Shown in pieces: positions 52,553 to 61,886 of a stretch of DNA of 64,000 nt. The notes under the pieces are model-generated. The model was not told the DNA's origin. It was given only the letters and a program-made list of their open reading frames with translations, and ran no database searches. How positions within the stretch are numbered: position 1 is the first letter of the stretch; the number at the start of each line of letters is the position of its first letter. The DNA comes from an uncultured Acidobacteriota bacterium. GTDB lineage: Bacteria; Acidobacteriota; JAQAZP01. The stretch spans positions 1,632,001 through 1,696,000 of the forward strand of contig CAWIIB010000009.1 in the NCBI GenBank assembly GCA_963836075.1, written 5' to 3'. A program made the translations under genes and the position numbers.

Positions 52553-52933
52553 CTACCCTTCCTTCTTCTTCAGCAGATCTCCCAGACCGGCAAAGGGCTG
52601 GTGCAGGCCTTCGGCCTGCCGCTGCGGGGCCGGCGCGTCACCGGTGAGGGTGTCGGCGACGATGTTCCGTTCGTGCTCGTTGTCGTGGCAGTAGAGGCAG
52701 AGCAGCTCCCAGTTGCTGCCGTCGGGCGGGTTGTTCTGTGCGTCGTGGTCCTTGTGGTGGACGGTCAGCTCACGCAGGCGCCGGCCCTCGAACTCGCGGC
52801 CGCAGTGGGCGCAGACGTGGGGCAGGAGTTTGAGGGCCCGGGAGCGGTAGGTGCCGTCCTCCCGGGCCTTGTCCCTGCGGAACTCGGCGACGATGGGGTC
52901 CAGGTTGTCGTCGGAATTTCCGGTCTGTGACAT
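52553..52933 (-). CDS. yajD: YajD-family HNH nuclease
   Basis: YRSRALK...CAHCGREF...LTVHHKDH...NNPPDGSNWELLCLYCHDNEH. Confidence 0.88.
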   Translation of the reverse strand: MSQTGNSDDNLDPIVAEFRRDKAREDGTYRSRALKLLPHVCAHCGREFEGRRLRELTVHHKDHDAQNNPPDGSNWELLCLYCHDNEHERNIVADTLTGDAPAPQRQAEGLHQPFAGLGDLLKKKEG

Positions 52934-52948
52934 GTCAGCGCCCCGGGA

Positions 52949-53335
52949 TCAGGAAGCGGCGGCCTCCTTGATGTGGCACTTCTTGCACTCCTTGGCCCCC
53001 TTCACCGGACCGCCCTTTTCACCGGCGTCGATCTTTTCCTGGTGGCAGCCCTGGCAGTTGTCGTGCACGGCGTCCTTCAGCTTCGGCGCCTCGTCCTTGA
53101 CCTCCTTGGGCATGTGACAGGCGGAGCAGGGCTGGGGCACGGCATCCCCCTCGGTCTTGTGGTGGCACGTGGTGCAGGGTCCGACACGTCCCGCGTGTTC
53201 CGCGTGCTTGAAGGTCACGGTCCCCATTTTGGCGTCAAAGGCGATGACCTCCTTGTCCGCGGGGATCTCGGCGGCCAGGACGAGGATACTGGTGAGGGCG
53301 AGCAGGGCGATCAAGGTGAATAATGATTTCTTCAA
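52949..53335 (-). CDS. Periplasmic tetraheme cytochrome c3
   Basis: TTG start with RBS and signal peptide; VTFKHAEH, CTTCHH, CSACH, KLKDAVHDNCQGCH and CKKCH. Confidence 0.9.
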   Translation of the reverse strand: MKKSLFTLIALLALTSILVLAAEIPADKEVIAFDAKMGTVTFKHAEHAGRVGPCTTCHHKTEGDAVPQPCSACHMPKEVKDEAPKLKDAVHDNCQGCHQEKIDAGEKGGPVKGAKECKKCHIKEAAAS

Positions 53336-53489
53336 GGTGGACTCCCCTTGTTCAGGCGGTGCCGCACACATTTTTCGGGGCCGGCGACAACGCGGATGCA
53401 TGTTTGGGATGATTGATTGGTACCGGTAATTCGTTAGAAACCATACAAGTTTTATATACACCAGAGGTAGGGCAGTGTCAATGCGATGT

Positions 53490-53518
53490 GCGGCGGCCGG
53501 GGCTTTCCCGGCCGCCGC
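53490..53518 (-). terminator. GC-rich hairpin directly after ccsA (terminator or mRNA stabiliser)
   Basis: GCGGCGGCCGGG-GCTTT-CCCGGCCGCCGC 12-bp stem with no U-tract. A TTGACA-N17-TATATA promoter for the c3 gene follows (53481-53453). Confidence 0.5.
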
Positions 53519-53525
53519 CAATGGT

Positions 53526-55370
53526 TCAGGCCTCAGCCGGCCCGGTTCGGCGAGATTTGGCCACGAAATATCCCACAGCGGCGAAGACGATCTCCAGGAT
53601 CGTGATGGCCATGATCCAGATCATGTTTTTCTGCGAGAAACCGTAGTTGTGCAGGCCCACGCTGAGCAGGTTGACCCCGAACCAGGCCATCACCACGGTG
53701 ACGCTGGTCAGCCCCAGGGTCGAGGCGTAGGCCGCCCGGCCCAGCAGTCCGGCCAGCCGGCCGTGCAGGACGAAGAGCAGCCAGAGGATGATCAGCAGGG
53801 CGCCGTTCTCCTTGGGGTCCCAGCCCCAGAACCGGCCCCAGGACTGGTCGGCCCAGATGCCGCCGAGGATGGTGCCCAGGGTGGTGAAGAAGAGGGCGGT
53901 CACCGCGGTGCCCCGGGCGGTCTGCAGCAGCGACTCGGCCTGCTCGCGGGCCTCCGGTTTGGCGATCAGCTGGACCAGCAGGATGTGCCCCACCAGGGCG
54001 GCCACCATGGCCGCGCCGTAGCCGATGGTGATGGTCACCACGTGGGTGGCCAGCCAGAAGTTGGAGTCGAGCACGGCCACCAGCATGCCCATGGTGTCCC
54101 CCTCGGCGGCGTAGCGGAAGCCGAGGAAGTGGAATGCCGCGCCAAGGGTGGTGGCGGTGAGCAGTCCGATACGGTCCTTGCGGGACACTTCCACAAAGAT
54201 GCCCATCACCACCGCCACCAGCCCGACAAAGACGATCGACTCGTAGAGGTTGGACACCGGCGCCCGTCCCAGGATCAGCATGCGGATGAACAGGCCGGCG
54301 GTGTGCAGGCCGGCGCCGGCAATGAGCAGCCACAGGCTGAAGCGGCGGGTCCAGGCCGGGATGACCAGCAGGCCGGCCAGCAGCAGCAGAAAAGCGCCGA
54401 TGTAGCAATAGAGGCTGCGGTGAAAGAGCTTGGCGTTGTTGTAGAACAGCTCGAGGTCCACCGGTTGGTCGGCGGCCAGCGTTCGCCCCAGGGCTTCGGC
54501 TTTGCGGCCGGCAGTGGGGTCGCCGCCGTAGATGGCGGCCAGGCAGCGTTCCAGCTGCTCCAGTTGCTGCAGCTGACGGTCGCTCAGTTCCGGGCTGTCC
54601 AGCAGCTCCCAGGGGGACTGCCACTGTTCGCCCTCCTCGGGAGGCAGCATCGGCAGGCCGTGAAAGCCCCGGTCGGCCAGCCGCGAGTTGAGCTGTGTGG
54701 TGAACTCCTGCAGCGCCTGCCGTCGCGGGCCTTCGGTCACCTCGCCTGCTTCGTACTCCTCGATCAGTGACACGGTGACATCGCGGTGCTGCATGAACCG
54801 CAGGTAGCTGGTTGCCTGGCCCGGCTGCAGGCCGAAGCCGGCGGCGATCTCCGGGTCGCTGATCCGGATCGTCGGAGTCAGGGCGGTGAGCGACCGGCTC
54901 AGCTCCTGGTAGCGCAGGCACTTGACGTAGGCGTCCACCATCTGGTTTTCGATCAGTGTCCGCTCGGCCGGCGGTTTGCCGTAGAGCTCGTGCAGCATCT
55001 CCAGCATGCCCTGCATGCCGGTGGTCAGTAAACGGTAGGAGTAAAGGTTGTCGGCCACCGGCTCGATGCCCAGGGCCACCAGCACATCGTCGTTGCGGAT
55101 CCGGAACAGCGATTCGTTCATCGCCGTATCCGGGTCGAGCAGGGTGTCGGCCAGCCAGGCGCTGGCCGAGCGGCCCCCGATGCTGCTCCGGTGATGGAAG
55201 GTGAGCAGCTGGTCCCGGGCAAAGGTGTCCATCGGTTTGAGCCGCCCCTGGTGCTGAATCACCAGGCGGCCGAAGGCTTCGGCACTGCTTTCGCTCACCG
55301 CGGCACCGGCGGTACCGCCCAGGGCGAAGAGGAGACCGACGAGAACGATGAGGATCATATGTCTTTTCAT
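53526..55370 (-). CDS. ccsA: System II cytochrome c synthase CcsA/ResC with a large N-terminal periplasmic domain
   Basis: GRLKPMDTFAR, APVSNLYES, WLATHV and the WWD motif GGIWADQSWGRFWGWDPKEN. Confidence 0.92.
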   Translation of the reverse strand: MKRHMILIVLVGLLFALGGTAGAAVSESSAEAFGRLVIQHQGRLKPMDTFARDQLLTFHHRSSIGGRSASAWLADTLLDPDTAMNESLFRIRNDDVLVALGIEPVADNLYSYRLLTTGMQGMLEMLHELYGKPPAERTLIENQMVDAYVKCLRYQELSRSLTALTPTIRISDPEIAAGFGLQPGQATSYLRFMQHRDVTVSLIEEYEAGEVTEGPRRQALQEFTTQLNSRLADRGFHGLPMLPPEEGEQWQSPWELLDSPELSDRQLQQLEQLERCLAAIYGGDPTAGRKAEALGRTLAADQPVDLELFYNNAKLFHRSLYCYIGAFLLLLAGLLVIPAWTRRFSLWLLIAGAGLHTAGLFIRMLILGRAPVSNLYESIVFVGLVAVVMGIFVEVSRKDRIGLLTATTLGAAFHFLGFRYAAEGDTMGMLVAVLDSNFWLATHVVTITIGYGAAMVAALVGHILLVQLIAKPEAREQAESLLQTARGTAVTALFFTTLGTILGGIWADQSWGRFWGWDPKENGALLIILWLLFVLHGRLAGLLGRAAYASTLGLTSVTVVMAWFGVNLLSVGLHNYGFSQKNMIWIMAITILEIVFAAVGYFVAKSRRTGPAEA

Positions 55371-56506
55371 CGTGCGGCCTCCTCTGTCTGCCGGCGTCGT
55401 TTCGCTGTGTTGACAAACATGATGGCCAGGTGGATCAGCATCCCCACACAGATGATGATGCTCGAGATGTAGGGGAAGAGACGCCCGGCGTTGCGGACCA
55501 CCGAGAGCACGGTGGTCTGTTTACGACCGTCGATGTATTGAGACTGGTAAAAGGTGTAGCCCTCGGAGCGCAGGGGATGGTTCATCCAGATGTCGGCTTT
55601 TTGCGTGCTGGCTCCACGGATCACCTTGACGTGCGAGCGGTAGTCCCGGGCCATCTGGGTGCCCGGGTGCTTGCTCATTTCGAAATCCTCCAGCAGGATC
55701 TCGAACGGCAGCTGGTAGCGGCGGGGCCGCAGTTCCACCTTGAACAGTTCGGCGCCGTCCGGTCCGCGGACCGTGGTGGGCGGGAAGCGCTCCAGCGCCA
55801 GGTAGAGGCCGTCCACCTGGTCACCGGCGCCGCTCACCCGCAGCACCGCACCGGCACGGCCATCGTCCTCGCCGGTTTTGGGCAGGATCTGCAGTTCGCT
55901 GGTGGCGGCCATGCCGCGGGCCTCCGGCGGGCTCTCGCCGCTGCGCTGGACCACCTCGCAGTTCTCGTGCAGTTCCTCGATGGTGATGGAACCGCCGTTG
56001 ATCGCCTGCAGGGGCATCTCCTTCCCCGGTTTCATGAAACCGCCGGCATAGGCGGTCACATCGGCGAATTCAGGGTCGGCAAGGCTGGTCACCGACAGTT
56101 CCTTGGCGTAGTGGTCTTCGAAGAAACCGCGCTGTTCCCCCTCGGGGATCAACATGTAGCCTTCCACCGACTGGTAGGCGGTGATGAACCCCCCCACCAG
56201 CAGCAGCAGGGCGCCGAGATGGGAGATGATCACTCCCGAGCGCCGCCACTGCAGCGGCGTGCCGAAGATCAGCCGCGCCATCAGGTTGACGAAAATCACC
56301 GCCATGGTCAGCCGCCCGCCGGGCAGCGGGAAGAAGGCCAGCCAGAGGATCCAGGAACTGAAGTAGCGCATCTGCGCATCGTGGAGGCCGATATATTTCT
56401 GGGCAATGGATCCCACCACGGTGAGCACGATCAGCCAGAGCAGCGCGTAGCAGAAGATTTCCGTGGAACCGAGTTTACGGCCCCAGCGGTGCAGTGCAGA
56501 GGCCAT
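55367..56506 (-). CDS. ResB/CcsB-like cytochrome c biogenesis protein
   Basis: N-terminal TMs, SHLGALLLLVGG, LPFEILLEDF, ARDYRSHV and IWMNHPLRSEGYTFYQS. Confidence 0.85.
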   Translation of the reverse strand: MASALHRWGRKLGSTEIFCYALLWLIVLTVVGSIAQKYIGLHDAQMRYFSSWILWLAFFPLPGGRLTMAVIFVNLMARLIFGTPLQWRRSGVIISHLGALLLLVGGFITAYQSVEGYMLIPEGEQRGFFEDHYAKELSVTSLADPEFADVTAYAGGFMKPGKEMPLQAINGGSITIEELHENCEVVQRSGESPPEARGMAATSELQILPKTGEDDGRAGAVLRVSGAGDQVDGLYLALERFPPTTVRGPDGAELFKVELRPRRYQLPFEILLEDFEMSKHPGTQMARDYRSHVKVIRGASTQKADIWMNHPLRSEGYTFYQSQYIDGRKQTTVLSVVRNAGRLFPYISSIIICVGMLIHLAIMFVNTAKRRRQTEEAAR

Positions 56507-56507
56507 C

Positions 56508-57095
56508 TCAGCTTCCCCCCGCTCTGGTGAAGCTCGCCAGGAACCCGGTGAATTGTTCTTCCACGGCGCCGACCAGCTCAGGGGAGCCGGTGAGCTTGAC
56601 GAACATGGAGTGGTCCCCGGCAAAGAGCATCCCCACCAGCATCCCCTTGTTCACCGGCTCGCCGTTGACCAGTGTCCAGCAGGTGAACGTGCCGGCCGGC
56701 GAGACCAATTCCCGGCCCTGGGCCTCCGGTTCCCCTTCGGCCACCGGCTGCAGGCCCAGCTGCCCGCGCCAGCGGTTGAGGTTGTTCAGCGGCCCGCCGG
56801 CGGCTCCGGAGAGCCGGACCACCGACAGGTCGCCCTGCTGGTCGCCGTGGGGCACCAGGTAACTGGCGATCCTCATGGATGAGGGGGGCTGGCTCACCCA
56901 GCCGTCCGGCGCCTGCCAGGAGTAGTTGCCGGACAACGGCGGGTGACCGGACGGCATCTGCTGCTCCGCCGCCGGGGCCGCCGGGGCCGTCCGGGCCTCG
57001 CGGTACTGGTCGATCTTTTCGCTCTCTCCGCAGCCGGCGAGCGGCACGAGAATGGCCAGAACGGTCAGCAGCGTCCACAGACTTTTCATCTTCAT
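56508..57095 (-). CDS. Lipoprotein at the head of the cytochrome c maturation operon
   Basis: Lipobox LAG-C; WQAPDGW...SSMRIASY...NLNRWRGQLGL...FVKLTG. Confidence 0.7.
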   Translation of the reverse strand: MKMKSLWTLLTVLAILVPLAGCGESEKIDQYREARTAPAAPAAEQQMPSGHPPLSGNYSWQAPDGWVSQPPSSMRIASYLVPHGDQQGDLSVVRLSGAAGGPLNNLNRWRGQLGLQPVAEGEPEAQGRELVSPAGTFTCWTLVNGEPVNKGMLVGMLFAGDHSMFVKLTGSPELVGAVEEQFTGFLASFTRAGGS

Positions 57096-57227
57096 TTGTA
57101 TTCCATTTCCGAGACGGCCCTGGTGCGGCCTGAATGGCCGGGGCCGGGCGCGGCGCTCTGGCCGCATGGTTGATCAATCCGGGGTCTGTTCAGAGACATC
57201 AGAATTGATGAATGCGGTTCACTACAC

Positions 57228-57248
57228 AATATGCAACCCATGCATATT
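57228..57248. promoter_or_regulatory. Perfect 8-5-8 palindrome upstream of the heme-attachment operon
   Basis: AATATGCA-ACCCA-TGCATATT in an AT-rich intergenic tract. Confidence 0.6.
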
Positions 57249-57317
57249 ATACAAAACCTTCAAGATAAGTCGACATCCAAAGCGACCCATGGAGTCGCCG
57301 CATTGTGGCGATCCTGC

Positions 57318-60300
57318 TCAGGGACTGTCCACCACCGCCACGTTGCCGCCATGGGTCACCGCGGCGTCGTAGGCTTCGAAATCCACCCCGGTCATGGCCG
57401 TTGCCGTGCCGCCGTCCACGTTCCAGCCGCGGACCCGGCAGCTGTACCCGGCGTCGGGCCCCGGAGCGGTGAGAATCTCGTCCATGCCGTCGCCGTCCAG
57501 GTCGCCGGTCCCCACCCGGGCGCCGTAGAGGTAGCCGGGGTAGGCGGTGAAACTGACTCCGGGAAGGGCGGAAGCGGCACCGCCGGTGACATCCCAGCCG
57601 CGGACGTGGGCGCCGAAGACCACCCCCGGCCCGGGGCCGGTGAGGATCTCGTCATCACCATTGCCGTCGAAGTCGCCGCAGGCCACGTTGACCCCGAACT
57701 GGTTGGTGCCGTAGGCGAAGTAGCTCACCCCCGACATGGGTGTCAGTGAGCTGCCGTCGTAGTTCCAGCCGCGGACGTGGGGCCCGAAGACCGAGCCCGG
57801 ACCGGCGCCGGTGACAATCTCGTCCATGCCGTCGTTGTCGATATCGCCGCAGGCCACGTTGACCCCGTATTTCAGGGTGCCGTAGGCAAAGTAGCTGACC
57901 CCGGAGATGGGGGCCAGGGTGCCGCCGTCGTAATTCCAGGCCCGGACGTGGGGACCGAAGACTGCTCCCGGACCGGCGCCGGTGACGATCTCGTCGATGC
58001 CGTCACCGTCGATGTCGCCGCAGGCCACGTTGACCCCGTATTTCAGCGTGCCGTAGGCAAAGAAATTCACAGCGGAGATCGGCGTGCCGTTGTATTCCCA
58101 GCCGCGGACGTGGGGACCGAAGACCGCGCCGGGGCCCGGGCCGGTGACCAGCTCCTGGACGCCGTCGCCGTCGATGTCTCCCGCGGCCACGTTGACTCCG
58201 TACTGGGACACGCCGTAGGCGTCGTAGGTGAACAGGGCCGTGCCCGGACTGGCCGCGCTGTACAGCCGCACCTCGGGCGGGTTGGCCGGTCCGGGGCCCG
58301 GGCCGGTGGCGATCAGCGGCACCGCCACGCCGTCACCGGCCTGGAAGCTGGCGGCCCAGGTGTTCCAGTTGTTTGACGAGGGCGCGTACTCGTGGTGGGC
58401 CCAGAAAGTAGTGCCGTCGGCCGGGTCCACCGCCACGGAGCTGTAGTCCCCCCAGCGGGAGCCGCTGGTCCCGTTGCTCTCCTTGAGGATCACCGATGGC
58501 GGCCATGCTGCCCGCCGGGTCGGAGGCCAGCCGGGTGGCCCGGCTGATGGAGATGTACTCGTCGGACGCGGAACGGGCAAAGCAGGTGGCCGCGTTGCCC
58601 AGGGCGTCCACGGTGATGCTGTTGAAGAAGGTGTGGATGTCGGAGCCGGGGTCGATCTCCCCCGACTGCACCAGCTCCGGCATGCCGCTGTCCGGCCAGC
58701 CGTTGGTGGCGATCTGGTACCAGCGGGCGCGGATGGGGTTGCCGTGGTGGTGCGCGGCCCAGAGCGAACCGTTGCGCCAGACACAGTGCCAGAAGCGGGC
58801 GTCAAAGGTTTCCGGCCGGGTGGACGTGCCCATCTGCGGCGGGTTGGTGGGCCGGCCATAGGCCGGCACGGTGACGGTGGTGGTGACCCGGGTGGGGCTG
58901 CCCAGCGGGTCGGTGATGGCGTGCAGCCGCACCGAGTTGTTCGAGCTGGACTCGAAGTGCTCGATCATGTACATCGCCGGCGCGTTGCCGTAGATCACCG
59001 GGATGCCGTGGGACTGGGTGCCGGTGATGGTGAGGATGTTGGTGACCTCGGCCGTGCCGCCGCTGAGCAGCGGCGTCTTGTCCATGATGTAGATCATGTA
59101 GTTGACACTGGTCCAGACGTCGGCGGTGAGGTAGACCGCGTCGGCGTCCACGGCCAGGTTCGGTGAATCGATGCCGCCGCCGGCGTAGTCGGTGGCGTCG
59201 ATGCGATACTTGTACCAGGTCCCCTGCGGGTCGTCATCGTCGGAAACGGCGAGGAGGAAATAGGAGTCGTTGGAGGTTCCCTGCTCGTTGGCCATGGCGA
59301 TATAGCGCTGGTCGTGCGGGTCGTAGATCACCTCGGGGTCGAAGACGAAGTTGGTGGCCCCCACAGAGCCCCAGAAGCCGTTGCCGCCCTCGATCTCGTC
59401 CTGGAACAGGTTGTTGCCGGCCTTGTCCAGAATGGCGATCCCGCCGTTGACCATGGCCACCACGTGGTTCGGCCCCACTGCCATGTGCGGGTCGGGGGGG
59501 CCCCAGCCGGTGTTGGTGATGGCGATGAAGCCCTCGTCGGCCAGCGGGAAGGGCGAGGGGTCGCCGCCATGGGGATCGCGGGAGATGGTTTTCGGGTCGT
59601 AGACCGGCGGGACGTGCGGCATGGCCGCCTCCACCGCCATGACCACCGGTTCCACCTGCCGTGACGTGCTGGCGCTGCAGGGGCCGGCGAGTTTTTCCTC
59701 GAGCCGCCGGCAGAAGGCTTCCTGCCAGTGGAGGGTGTTCTCCACATCCTGGCCGTCGTCGGGGACCAGCAGGGTCAGGTGGGCGCCCTTTTCGTCCCCC
59801 AGCCCGCCGTCGCCCGACCAGCAGACGGCCAGCGAGCCATCCCGGCCAAACAGGGCCTGGGTCCGGCCGGCAGACACCTGCAGCCGCTGGTTGCCATGGT
59901 CACCGGAGGTGAGACGGAAGCCGGCTTCACGCGGGGCTCCGTTGCTGCTGAAGAAGCGGCCCCGCACGTGGGCCTCCCGGGCCAGCGAGTCGAAGTGGTT
60001 CCAGAGAATGACGAACCCGCCGTCGGGGTCGGCGGCGATGGCCGGACCGTTCTGCAGGCCCAGGGTCAGATCGTTCACCGGGAAGACGGGGCCGCGGGCC
60101 GTTCCGGCCGGATCGATGATGCGGGCCAGGATGCCGTAGTCGTTCCCGTCGCCTCCCGAGCTGGGCCAGGCCACCACCAGGCTGCCGTCAGCCAGGACGG
60201 CCAGGGTGGGCTCCACGTCTCGCCAGGTGTCGGTCGCGCGGCTCACCCGACAGGGCTCCCCCAGAACCGCGCCGTCCGGGTTGAACCGCTGGATATAGAT

Positions 60301-61101
60301 TCCGTCCGGTCGATTCTCCGCGGTGAAGGCGGCCCAGGCCAGGGCCACCCCGCCCGAGGGCAGGGTGCAGATGGCCGGGGTGCGGGCGCCCGGGGCCGTG
60401 TTCACACGCAGCGGCTGTTCATCGCCCGCGGGGCGGCCGGCGGCATCGAAAAAGCGCAGGAACAGCGTGGTTTCCCCATCATCTCCGGGGCCGGTCCAGG
60501 CTGCGGCCAGCCCGCCGCGCCCGTGGCCGCAGGCAACCAGCTCGGTCTGGTTCCCCTCGGTGGCACTGTTCAGCCGGATCTCCTCACCGCCCTCGCCCAG
60601 GTAGCGGCCAAACCGGCGGGCGTAGAGACCGCCCAGATGGCCGTCCTGGCCCGCCGATTCCCAGGCCACCCAGCCGCCGCTGCCTTCACTGTCCGGCACC
60701 GCCACCGGCCGGCCCTGGGAATGTGGCAGGTGGAGGTTGAGGTGCTGTTCGTTGCTCAGGAAACGGCCGGCGGTATCGAGGCAGCGGCCATACACCCCCT
60801 CCACCACTTCCTGGCGGCGGCTCTGCCAGGCCACCCAGAGCAACCCCTGGCCATCAAGACCGAGGGTGGGCCACTCCTGGCGGCTGGGGGTGAAACTGTT
60901 CAGCCGGGTCTCCACACGCTGCCAGGACCGGCCGTCCAGCACCAGGCGGTCCTGGCGCCGCAGACCGGCATCGTCCCTGCCATCGGGACAGAGTGCTCCG
61001 AGGGTTTCGCCGTGAAACGCGGCGGCAGGCTGGGCCGTCAGGGTCAGCAACAGTGCTGCGGCAACAACCAGCGATACGAACAGAGGTTTTGAAGCACTCA
61101 T
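57318..61101 (-). CDS. Large secreted multi-propeller protein (about 1260 aa) with C-terminal FG-GAP repeats; +1 frameshift near 58503
   Basis: GGAGG RBS and signal peptide; N-terminal VN...Q..P.IA...W repeats; PPDPHMAVGPNH...RWGDYS domain; C-terminal GD(I/F/L)DGDG repeats. Confidence 0.8.
57335..58205 (-). repeat. Five FG-GAP-like coding repeats of about 54-57 aa
   Basis: The unit YGVNVACGDIDGDGxDEIVTGAGPGAVFGPHVRGW is repeated and visible at DNA level (gccacgttgaccccgtatttcag). Confidence 0.9.
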
Positions 61102-61280
61102 CGATATCCTCCACGAAGTTGAGGGAAACGCACCCCGGCACATTGGGGAAATCCTGGCAGGCAAGGCGGGCTACCGGAATCCGGAAGAAAAATCATAGGT
61201 GATTCGGGGGAGGCAGTCAATCGCGGACCCGGAGACCCGGACCGTTCGATATTGCGCGGCCATGGGGTATAATCGGGCAA

Positions 61281-61886
61281 ATGTATGAAAAATTTCTTGA
61301 TCTGTTCTTTCCCCTGCTCTCCCGCTGGGCCCTCGTGCGCCACCGCGGCATCTGGGGGCTGAAAGCGGCGGTGGCGGCGGCACCGTCTGCGGCGAAACGG
61401 GAGCGGCTGCGCATGATCTATGACCGGCTGCTGGCCCGTCAGGGCAGCTGGATCGGGTACAGCGCCGAGTTCAAGGGCCTTCCCTGTTTCCCCCATCACC
61501 TCAACGGGATCTACATCTCCGGTGAGGCCCGCATCGGGCGGAACGTCGTGATCCATCACCTCGTTTCCATCGGCTCCAACAGGCTGGCCGGCAGCAGGAA
61601 GTACGGGGCCCCCACCATCGGCGACAACGTGTACATCGGCACCGGGGCCTGCATCATCGGCCGGGTCACCGTGGGCGACAACTGCCGCATCGGGGCCAAT
61701 GCCGTGGTCTACGATGACATGCCGCCGAACTCGGTGGCCGTTCAGCAGCCGACGAGGGTCATCCAGCGGGATGAACCGCTGGACAACCGGTTCTTCACCC
61801 GCCGCGGAGGCCGGCGGGTCTACTATGACGACGGGAGCTGGGTGGAAGCGGGTGAGGGGGAAGATCGAGATTCCGAACGTGCGTAA
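61281..61886 (+). CDS. Serine O-acetyltransferase-like hexapeptide-repeat acyltransferase
   Basis: FPHHLNGIYIS...GAPTIGDNVYIGTGACIIGRVTVGDNCRIGANAVV. Confidence 0.85.
   Translation: MYEKFLDLFFPLLSRWALVRHRGIWGLKAAVAAAPSAAKRERLRMIYDRLLARQGSWIGYSAEFKGLPCFPHHLNGIYISGEARIGRNVVIHHLVSIGSNRLAGSRKYGAPTIGDNVYIGTGACIIGRVTVGDNCRIGANAVVYDDMPPNSVAVQQPTRVIQRDEPLDNRFFTRRGGRRVYYDDGSWVEAGEGEDRDSERA

Noticed and set aside
52553-52933. CLYCH in the small ORF next to the cytochromes, read as a heme-binding site
   Set aside because: There is no signal peptide and the context is a YajD HNH zinc-binding motif.
32793-57317. EET island as a mobile element
   Set aside because: No integrase, transposase, tRNA or flanking direct repeats were seen, and coding GC resembles the rest of the window.
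57335-58205. DNA repeats as a CRISPR array
   Set aside because: They are in-frame degenerate coding repeats of about 165-170 bp with no unique spacers and no cas genes.
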